Both the position numbers and the translations under genes were made by a program. DNA of 52,793 nt, counting the filler, from Squatina squatina (taxonomy: Eukaryota), in assembly GCA_031763465.1 (NCBI GenBank). It is 3 parts of 3 records of this genome, joined end to end, with 100 filler letters (N's around TTAATTAATTAA, not from the genome) between each part and the next. Parts side by side here need not be neighbours in the genome. Positions count along the whole stretch, not along the records: positions 13,295 to 37,778 come from JARFOE010000046.1; 2 more parts are not named here. One strand, 5' to 3'. Each line of letters opens with the position of its first letter. Position 1 is the stretch's first letter. The notes under the pieces are model-generated. The model searched no databases and was not told the DNA's origin. It saw only the letters and a program-made list of their open reading frames with translations. This document shows, in pieces, positions 23,029 through 32,599 of the stretch.

Positions 23029-24340
23029 ATACAAGTCAACACTGGGGTTANNNNNNNNNNNNNNNNNNNNNNNNNNNNNNNNNNNNNNNNNNNNNNNNNN
23101 NNNNNNNNNNNNNNNNNNNNNNNNNNNNNNNNNNNNNNNNNNNNNNNNNNNNNNNNNNNNNNNNNNNNNNNNNNNNNNNNNNNNNNNNNNNNNNNNNNNN
23201 NNNNNNNNNNNNNNNNNNNNNNNNNNNNNNNNNNNNNNNNNNNNNNNNNNNNNNNNNNNNNNNNNNNNNNNNNNNNNNNNNNNNNNNNNNNNNNNNNNNN
23301 NNNNNNNNNNNNNNNNNNNNNNNNNNNNNNNNNNNNNNNNNNNNNNNNNNNNNNNNNNNNNNNNNNNNNNNNNNNNNNNNNNNNNNNNNNNNNNNNNNNN
23401 NNNNNNNNNNNNNNNNNNNNNNNNNNNNNNNNNNNNNNNNNNNNNNNNNNNNNNNNNNNNNNNNNNNNNNNNNNNNNNNNNNNNNNNNNNNNNNNNNNNN
23501 NNNNNNNNNNNNNNNNNNNNNNNNNNNNNNNNNNNNNNNNNNNNNNNNNNNNNNNNNNNNNNNNNNNNNNNNNNNNNNNNNNNNNNNNNNNNNNNNNNNN
23601 NNNNNNNNNNNNNNNNNNNNNNNNNNNNNNNNNNNNNNNNNNNNNNNNNNNNNNNNNNNNNNNNNNNNNNNNNNNNNNNNNNNNNNNNNNNNNNNNNNNN
23701 NNNNNNNNNNNNNNNNNNNNNNNNNNNNNNNNNNNNNNNNNNNNNNNNNNNNNNNNNNNNNNNNNNNNNNNNNNNNNNNNNNNNNNNNNNNNNNNNNNNN
23801 NNNNNNNNNNNNNNNNNNNNNNNNNNNNNNNNNTAAAAGGGCTTGGTGCATTGCAGGCTGTCGGCAGTTCATAATTTGCGAGTGACCGTGGTTTCAGAGT
23901 ACCTCTTGTACATTTTACCATGGAAATTTTTTGGGCCTCCCAATAAGAGCTCTTTCTTTTTTTTTGAGTGTCCGTTTATACAGGTTCACTGCAGTTACTA
24001 AACCCGGTGTCCAGTAGATTTTGTGTTCTTCAGGGCCAGGTTTATTTGTGCTGGCAATGGAATACATTTTTCCAGTTTTTCCCCAAAAGAGCAGCAATCA
24101 CGAGAATCGGTAAAATAGGTTCATTATTGTTGTGTCACTGCACCCATTGCAGAGACTGTCCGCTCGGCTTATACACAAGTCTGCTAATAGCATGCATTAG
24201 GCACAGGGTAAAGCTCCCTGCCGATTTCTCCAACATTGCACCTTAACCCCAACTCCGGAAGACCAAGGAGCCCTGCGGCTCTGCGAGTAAGGCTGCAAAT
24301 AATTTTAACACTTTTGAGTTTTACCTTTCGCAGAACTCAC

Positions 24341-24562
24341 CTGGCCAGGGTTAGGTCGTGCTTATGGTATTCCAGAGCCTTGGAATAGTCCTTCAGGTAA
24401 AAGTAGGCATTGCCCAGCTGACTGTAGATGGCGCTCAAAGTCTTCAAGTCCTCTGTCCCAACCTGCACAGCAGCTTCGAAGAATGCCACCCCAGCCTTGA
24501 AATCTCTAGCTTTGCACAGCCGTTCCCCTTCGAGGGCCAGCTCGAGGCACGACGCCTCCATT
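24341..24562 (-). CDS. GPSM1: GPSM1 (AGS3) exon 2, 222 nt, TPR repeats
   Basis: Boundaries aacag|A...AG|gtgagt. Translates MEASCLELALEGERLCKARDFKAGVAFFEAAVQVGTEDLKTLSAIYSQLGNAYFYLKDYSKALEYHKHDLTLAR. The DFK, VAFF, YLK and YHKH residues favour GPSM1 over GPSM2. Confidence 0.9.
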
Positions 24563-24630
24563 CTGTTCATTACAAAAAAAAATATGCACACGTTATCGAT
24601 GCATTCTTTCTACATCATCAACGTTTGTTA

Positions 24631-25050
24631 TTCTTGGTTACAGTCCCGTCCAGGGGCTTGAGCACATAAATCTAAGCTCACACTCCAGCGCGGTGCTGAG
24701 GGAGTGCTGCACTGTCGGAGGTACCGTCTTTCGGATGAGATGTTAAACCGAGGCTCCATCTGCCCTCTCAGGTGGACGTTAAAAATCCCATGGCACAATT
24801 TCAAAGAGCAGGGAAGTTCTCCCCGGTGTCCTGGCCAAAATTTATCCCTTAATCAACATCACTAAAAACAGATTATCTGGTCATTATGACATTGCGGTTT
24901 GTGAGATCTTGCTGTGCACAAATTGGCTGCTGCGTTTCCCACATTACAACAGGGGCTGCACTTCTAAAGTACTTCATTGGCTATAAAGCACTTTGGAACG
25001 TCCGGTGGTCGTGAAAGTCGCTATATAAATGCAAGTCTTTCTTTCTTTCT
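24631..25050 (+). mobile_element. Near-full-length Deu-domain SINE (SacSINE1-like)
   Basis: Central gtctttcggatgagatgttaaaccgagg domain and a 3' tail aaagcactttgg...ctatataaatgcaagtctttctttc. About ten related copies occur in the window. Confidence 0.88.
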
Positions 25051-25349
25051 CCGCCCCTCTCCCTGGCAATTGCCCCGNNNNNNNNNNNNNNNNNNNNNNN
25101 NNNNNNNNNNNNNNNNNNNNNNNNNNNNNNNNNNNNNNNNNNNNNNNNNNNNNNNNNNNNNNNNNNNNNNNNNNNNNCCCGTGAATTAATGAATGCATTT
25201 TTATTAAAGAACCAACCTTGTTCAATCCTAGGATGAGTTTCAAACTCCATATCCTATCCATCACCAAGGCTGCTGACTTCCACCTCTGCAATATTGCCTG
25301 ACTGCCCTTGCTTCAATCCCTAACCCCTACTGGAAACCTTTGGATTCAC

Positions 25350-25512
25350 TAGTAACTTTTGAAATGGAATTGGATGTATACTTGAAAAGGAAACATTTGC
25401 AGAGCTATGGAGAAAGAGCAGGGGAGTGAAACTAAATGGATGGCTCTTTCAAAGGTCCGGCACAAGTTCGATGGGCTGAGTGGCTTCCTTCTGTGCTGCA
25501 AGATTCTATGAA
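25350..25512 (+). mobile_element. CR1 LINE 3' tail fragment
   Basis: ggaattggatgtatacttgaaaagg...gatgggctgagtggcttccttctgtgctg. Confidence 0.8.
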
Positions 25513-27639
25513 CTGTACCTTTTGTCACTCCTCTAATTTTCTATTATTGCTTGCTGTCTGTTTCTCCTTTGTGAAGCACTTTGGGATTTTTACTAGTTAA
25601 AGGCATTATAGAAGTGCAAGTTGTTGATTTACAAATGTCATAGTGAGCCAGAAACATATCACTGGAATTGAATCGGCTGTTATTGACAGTGCTATCCATG
25701 TTTAAATTGACACGCAGTATTTTGCTTGAAATTAACTTAAAAAGGAGTAAAGAGAACCTAATGGATATCCAGGAGTGATTTATAAGGTAATTTTTAATTG
25801 TTATCTGACCCCAAGAGGAGATTGCCACTTCAGAATCATTCCCATGTATCTATTTCTTTAAACAATTATACGGTGAAGTTAAGAGTGACAGTTTTCTCCA
25901 TTTTCACTTTTGTGAGAGTGCAGAGATAATGGCCCAGAGTTTGCTGGGAAAGTAATGGTGAGTTTGATGCACTCATCGCTACTAGTGTGTAAATCATCTA
26001 GCAATTTGTGGCGAGGAAGAGATGCACCATGAGTTGTAAATTGCCAGACAATTTGCATTGCTCCGCCATTAGTCACGCGAAAATGACAGCTCACCATCGA
26101 CCTCCCCCATGAATTTCAAGAAATTGCTGCATTTTGCATAGTAAATACAAATTAAACTCGCCGCTGAAAGTTAAGACTGGTATTTAATGACCTGAGGATC
26201 CTTTTAATGATGAGATTTATGTTCTTGCAATTCCAATCAACCTCTCTGGCCCAGATAGGGAACAATTAAAACTGTGGAGTCTCATTCATGCAGGTAGTAA
26301 ATTGTTCAGAGGTTTTAAAAATTTTACATTTCAATTTTTTCTTTCTTTTACTTTCATTGAATCATAGAATAGTACAGCACAGAAGCTGACTTTTTTCTCT
26401 CACTCTTAACCCAATCTTTCTTCCCTCTCTAATTCCTCTTTCTGAATCTAATTTGACTTTATTTCACCCTATTTCCTTCTCCCGTTGTTCGCTCTGTTTC
26501 TTTATCGTTAACTTTCATTGGTTAAGAAGATAGACTATTGGTCCCATTGTTCACCAAGGTCCCAGATGCCCTGTTGTCAACTCGCAATTCCAGCAATTTG
26601 CCCTGAGGGGAGGTTTTTGTTATATCTAATGTTTAAACCTCTATTAGATCAAAAAGGATGTGATATACCATTGGACAGTGAAGAAAAAGAGGGATTGCTA
26701 ATCATATTTTTATAACTATTTACACCTGTAGGCTAGTTTGATTTTGTGCTTCAGATGGCATTATTTTACGTTTATCTGAACCTTAAATTATGACCATAAT
26801 CCCTAATATAGAAACATTTCAGATATCACTGTAGGTCACACGTTTGCTTTTGGGCCTTACAAAAACATGTGCCGACAACGGACGGGGGCTCTCCACCTGT
26901 ACAGAGGCAAGAGGCCGTCGGTTGTCTCAAACGATTCTTTACTGTAAAAAGGAGCTTAGGAGGCGTGGTGGATTTTNNNNNNNNNNNNNNNNNNNNNNNN
27001 NNNNNNNNNNNNNNNNNNNNNNNNNNNNNNNNNNNNNNNNNNNNNNNNNNNNNNNNNNNNNNNNNNNNNNNNNNNNCCCCTCCGAGACCAGGTGGTGAGG
27101 CAATGACACGAGTGGCATTTATCATTGTAACTGCCACTGTCAGAGCGTTTTTATTGGTCATTTGTTTCTGTCAGGCATGATGTCAGAGCAGTGTTGCTCA
27201 GAGATGGATTGCAGTTCAGAGGTCACGTTGCAAGGGCCGCGGGATTTAATGGGAACAATCATCGAGGCTTTTTAAAAAAAATTTATTTTTCTCAGTCACA
27301 TGACCAAGTTGATAGCGTTTTCACTTTCTGAACTCGTCCATTTATTTTATTTTGATGTTTTATTGGCGCTCGGGTTAATAAGGATACCTCAAAGTCACCT
27401 TTCTTTTTGGCTCGCATGCTTCCTGTGAAGATGTTGTGTGGGCGAGACAGCATTAATGCCGCCCCCTTTATGCTTCCATCGGCGCCCATATGCCTCCAGC
27501 CCCGACCTCATCAACCTTCCCGCCCGCCCACTTTGGCTGTGGTGTGCACTCGGCGTTCTGTTCCAACCTGAGCTCAGCTTCTCACTGTAGCGCTAAGACC
27601 TCCCATTGCCTGCGGACACACCCTTAGTTCTCCCCAGGA

Positions 27640-27765
27640 GTTGATAGGGTAGATGGAGAGAAACTATTTCCTCTGGTGGGGGGGAGTCCAGAACAAGGGG
27701 ACATAACCTTAGAATTTGATCTCGACCGTTCAGGGGTGATGTCAAGGAGGCACTTCTTTACACAA
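27640..27765 (+). mobile_element. CR1 LINE fragment
   Basis: gatagggtagatggagagaaactatttcc...cacttctttacacaa is colinear with 21590-21710. Confidence 0.85.
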
Positions 27766-27865
27766 NNNNNNNNNNNNNNNNNNNNNNNNNNNNNNNNNNN
27801 NNNNNNNNNNNNNNNNNNNNNNNNNNNNNNNNNNNNNNNNNNNNNNNNNNNNNNNNNNNNNNNNN

Positions 27866-28255
27866 CAAGAAAGACTTGCATTTCTATACCTCCTTTCATG
27901 ACCTCAGGACATCCCAAAGCGCTTTACAGCCAATGAAGTGCTTTTTGAAGTGTAGTCACTGTTGTAATATGGGAAACGCAGCAGCCAATTTGCGCACAGT
28001 AAGCTCCCACAAACCGCAATATTGATAATGACCTGATGATCTGCTTTCAGTGATGTTGGCTGAGGGATAAATATTGGAAAGGACACCGGGGATAACTCCC
28101 CTGCCCTTCTTCCATTAGTGTCATGGGACCTTTCACATCCACCTGAGAGAGAGCAGACGTCAATGTTCAATGTCTGACCCGAAAATCCTTGGAGTGGGAC
28201 TTTTACCCATGGCCTTCTGACTAAAAGCGAGAGTGCTGCTCACTTAGCCACGGGG
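27866..28255 (-). mobile_element. Deu-domain SINE with internal deletion
   Basis: Reverse complement of the SINE tail and body, plus a head remnant at 28190-28255. Confidence 0.85.
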
Positions 28256-28834
28256 GAAACAACACCAAAAGGACTACAGGTGTGGGAAATACTTAGTGGC
28301 GGGTGGAGGGGGTCTGCGTAGGGGGGTTCAGAATGAGAAAATGTTCCATTGTCCAACAGTAATAACTGTGAGGAGTGCTAAAAGGAAGAGGGGAAAGCAG
28401 TAATCTGCACACAATTAATTAGCACAGCTTTCTGTTACTTTCAATTAGCATTTTAAGAGGATGAGGGGAACTTATGTTGCTTTTTAATACCCGGCACTTT
28501 GTGGCTTCAATGTGGCATAAATAAATCCGAACTAATTGCTACTGAACCCTCCCTAAGAGGTTTGAGAGCTTGCCAATCCCTGCCAGCCATTATGGGTTTA
28601 GTGGGCGACAATATCCTTTGGCATGGTTTCACAATGTGCATTAGGGTCCTCTTCAATGGCACTTTTCACGGGATCATCGGCACGCTTTCTTTCATTAAGG
28701 GAGATTGATTCAGTGGCTCTGCCTGCCATTCAGAGCTCTGTGTTTGACACAGTTCCAGATTAACTGTGAGATAGAAGTAAGAATGTAGGAACAGGTGTCG
28801 AAGACACCAGAACTGAGAGGCTACACCGAGCGGG

Positions 28835-29262
28835 AAAGACTGAGCAGGCTGGGCTTCTTTTCCCAAGATAGAGACCTGATAGAGGTCTTTATGATTATGA
28901 AAGGGTTTCGATAGGTTACACCTAGCGAAGATGTTTCCACTTGTGGGGGAGACCAGAACTAGGGGCCATAAATATGAGAGTCACTAATAAATCCAATAGC
29001 GAATTCAGGAGAAACTTCTTTACCCAGAGAGTGGTGAGAATGTGGAACTCACTCCCACAGGGAGTGGGTGAGGGGAATTGCAGAGATACATTTAAGGGGA
29101 AGCTGGATAAACACAGGAGGGAGAAAGGAATAGAAGGATATGGTGATAGGATGAGATGGAGAGGGGTGGGAGGAGGCTCGTGTGGAGCAGAAACACTGGG
29201 ATAAACCAGTGGGGCCGAATGGCCTGTTTCTGTGCTGTAAAATCTCTGTAATTCTCTGTAAT
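28835..29262 (+). mobile_element. CR1 LINE 3' end
   Basis: FRRNFFTQRVVRMWNSLPQG.....FKGKLDKH, followed by a gggccgaatggcctgtttctgtgctgtaa tail and short (ttctctgtaa) repeats. Confidence 0.9.
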
Positions 29263-30368
29263 ACACTCTCGTAACTCCAGCAGGAGTTTGAGGGAAATGT
29301 CTCAGATTCGATCGGGAGGGATTATATCGGCTCCCAACTTTCCCCGGAGCCCCTGTCTCGCCTTGTGGGAGAGGAGCTCCTTCTGCTCTAAGCTAAGCTG
29401 TTGATGCAGGGATGGGCAGGGACGGGGATTTGGGGATTTAGGGACAGCGTTACACCTGGCAGCAGTGGGTCCCTGAACAAAAAGGGGTACTCTTTTTAAA
29501 AAAAAGAATGATTTCCAGGTGCAAATGAAAGTCTTTTCCTGGAGTTGGGAAGGGGCTGGCAGGGAGTATTCCGACACTACCCCAGAACTATGGCAGTCAT
29601 GCCACCTGTTGCTGCCTGTGGGTGAAGGAGGTGTCCTAAATGTGTCCTTCGGACCTGGGCACCTATCATTAGATGCGAATCAAGGGTTCTTCCCCCTGAG
29701 CCAGTCAACCTTGGAGATCCCAGCACTTACAGCAGGTCACAGACACCCACCCCATGGATTTCGGCCCCAGTTACAGTTTATATTTTAATTAAAGACTCTC
29801 TTTATTTACTGCGTTACGATTTATTTGATGTTGTACAACTGTTTATCAAGCACTTTAAAAGACAGATTAATTTGTTAATTTGTTTGGAGGTTCTTTAACA
29901 AATATTATATAACTTTGTCCTTCTTGGAATTACAATTGCGAAGTTGATTAAAACAATTTAGTTTAGAGAACAGCTTTTAGCAATGATATCAAATTTTTTG
30001 TTCAGACCCCAATTCTAATCCATTCATAAATATATTGAAAATAGTAACAATTGCACAGATGAACGTGCTTTACCTGTCCAGCTTATTTGCTGCATCAATA
30101 ACTCTATTGCCATTCTTACAACACTGATGCTTGTGACATCCTGCCTGGCCCAGCCCAGGCACATTATAGGGGACTGAGACATTGCCTTTTTACCCCTGCA
30201 GCCTGCCTAAAAAGAGGAACGGTGACCTCCTATTCATAAAATCAATCGTACAGCACAGAAGGAGGCCNNNNNNNNNNNNNNNNNNNNNNNNNNNNNNNNN
30301 NNNNNNNNNNNNNNNNNNNNNNNNNNNNNNNNNNNNNNNNNNNNNNNNNNNNNNNNNNNNNNNNNNNC

Positions 30369-32069
30369 TCAGTTTTAAAGGAGTCCTTATGCAAAGAAGA
30401 AGACTTGGCCATGTCAGTCAAAGGAATTGGCCCATCAGCTCATGAGGAGCAGTCATTGCTTGTGGAAGAAATCTCACCTATAAGCGAGGAGCTGCTATCT
30501 CCAGTTGAGGAAGACAGTATGTTCAATATAAAAGAGTTAAACTCTCCAGTTGATGAATTAATGTTATATGAAAGTGAAGCCTCTCCACCTCCAGCTGAAG
30601 ATGATATCTCATTTGAAACTGAAGACTTTCCTCCGCCACCTGAAGAAATTATTTTGTGCATAAACGAAGAGCTTCCATCTCCATTTGGAGAAAATGCATT
30701 TGTTAGAATTGAAGACCCACCACCGCTATCTGTTGATAACACTTTGATAAATGAATGGTTACCATCTTTAGGTGACAAACGCAACTTATTGAACGCTGAT
30801 GATTTCACTCCTCTTCCTCCTCCTCCTCCCATGGAAGAAATAGGTGAAGAAAGGAACATCGCTGCAACAGAGAAGTGCAAGCATCCACTCAGAACAAGTG
30901 GAGAAGAGGAAACCAGCACTCAGTTTGGTGGGGAAGATCTTATTTTGTCTGAATCCTCAAAAATTCACATACCTCAAGCAGAACAACAAACGGCAGATCC
31001 TTTAAGGTCCTTTAATATTGGAGACCGGGTGTTGTTGAGTCAGAGAGAGTCTGGTACCTTAAGATTTAAAGGGCGTACATCATTTGGTCAGGGTGACTGG
31101 GCTGGTGTAGAACTGGATAATTCAAAAGGAGACCATGATGGAACCTTCTGCGGAGTGAAATACTTCGAATGCATGAATAAATGTGGCATTTTTGTTACCC
31201 CCGACAAGATCTCATACCTATGGGCTGATTATGAAGTTGACACAGATGTTACAGACAGTGAAGACTCATTCTCTGCTGGACCATCTGCACGAAGCTACAA
31301 AAGTCTGGACGATGAATTGAAAGAAACTCATTCCTTTGAAGAGGAACCTGAAGAGAAAGCCAATGAGAAGGGAAATATTTCCCAGCTGAGAAGCAAAAAG
31401 CTAACTTCGCACCAACTCAACCAGGGAGAGCCACATCCGGGCGCTATCGATGAGCAAGAACTAGAAGAGATAATCCTGGAATGCGCAAAGGCAGTAGAAT
31501 CATTTATAGGTTCGCAAGACTTGTTGGATGCTGAAGTAGAACCAAAATTGCATTTGGATGCACATGTAAACTCAGAAGGCTCAGTCCGCGCACGGGCTTT
31601 GCAGTGTCCTCGGGGTAAGGACAGTGAGCAGTCGGTGGACGACGTTACAGAACACCTCACGGAACACCTTGTAGAAGAAACTTTGGGTGAACTGACCAGT
31701 ATCAGAGAGCGGCAAAATCGAGGCACCACAGAGACGAGGGAAAAACAGCTCGCTGGATATCGAATCACACAAGACTGTGCTAACCTGACTCAACAGAACA
31801 GAGGTCCACTTAAAGGGCAGAGAGGCCATGACGAACCCTTCATAGATGTTATTGACTTTTTAGGAGTAGACTGTATGCAGTGCAAAGATCAAATTAGAGT
31901 TGCGAAGGGAGGCTGCAGCCAAGAAGCCATAGAAAACGTGACTGAAAATTTAATAGCAAAGTTCAGAGATGATGCAGCAAAAGATTACACAAAAATCAAG
32001 AGAAGACACGATGGAAATTTAGAAGCAAAAAATATCCTCTGTCCTCAGACTGTGGTGGATTGTTTGCCT
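30369..32069 (+). CDS. CCDC187: Large internal exon of a CEP350-family protein with CAP-Gly domain, probably CCDC187 (5' boundary uncertain at the gap)
   Basis: The frame is open from the gap edge to donor CCT|gtgagt. CAP-Gly at about 31011-31219 (FNIGDRVLL...GTLRFKGRTSFGQGDWAGVELD...YFEC...GIFV.P.KIS) resembles CEP350, with CEP350-like helices downstream. The symbol is inferred from divergent adjacency to GPSM1, as recalled for human 9q34.3. Confidence 0.75.
30486..30830 (+). repeat. Coding tandem repeat of about 8 x 15 aa (45 nt) acidic proline-rich units
   Basis: EELLSPVEEDSMFNI / KELNSPVDELMLYES / EASPPPAEDDISFET / EDFPPPPEEIILCIN / EELPSPFGENAFVRI / EDPPPLSVDNTLIN / EWLPSLGDKRNLLNA / DDFTPLPPPPP. 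Confidence 0.8.
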
Positions 32070-32134
32070 GTGAGTACAAATGCTATTAAACACAAATAAG
32101 GGAAAGTGTTTCAGCAAAATTGGCAAAAGAACCA

Positions 32135-32375
32135 GAGGGGAGATGAGATTTCTTTTTATGCAGCGAGTTGTTGTGATCTGGATGCGCTGCCTGAAAGGGT
32201 GGTGGAGGCAGATTCAATAGTAACACTCAAAAGGGAATTGGATATATACTTTAAGGGTAAAACATTTCAAGGCTATGGTGAAAGAGCAGGGGGGTGGGAC
32301 TAATTGAATAGCTTTTTCAAAGAGTCAACACAGGTGGGATGGGCATTCTGTACTGTATGAGTCTATGATTCTATA
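32135..32375 (+). mobile_element. CR1 LINE 3' end
   Basis: LPERVVEADSIVTLKRELDIY followed by a (ttctatga) tail. Confidence 0.85.
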
Positions 32376-32399
32376 ATTTTGCCACATGACTTGCAGTAA

Positions 32400-32599
32400 T
32401 GAAAGAAAGAATAAACCTTTATTTATATATCACCTTTCACATCCCCAGGGCATCCCAGGCCCATGAGAACCAATGGATTACTTTCAACTATAGTCACTGT
32501 TGTAATGTAGGCAAACACAACAGCCAATTTGCAAACAACAGTGTCCCAAAGACAGTAATGAGATGAAGGACTAGTTAAGCTGTTGGTTGAGGGGTAAAT
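32400..32599 (-). mobile_element. Deu-domain SINE 3' half, diverged
   Basis: Colinear with 27866-28075. Confidence 0.75.

Noticed and set aside
23006-23921. Long ORFs of 274-301 aa in the track
   Set aside because: They consist almost entirely of N. The same applies to the other X-filled ORFs.
30440-31829. Antisense ORFs of 159, 146 and 82 aa
   Set aside because: Ser-rich shadows of the Glu-rich sense exon.
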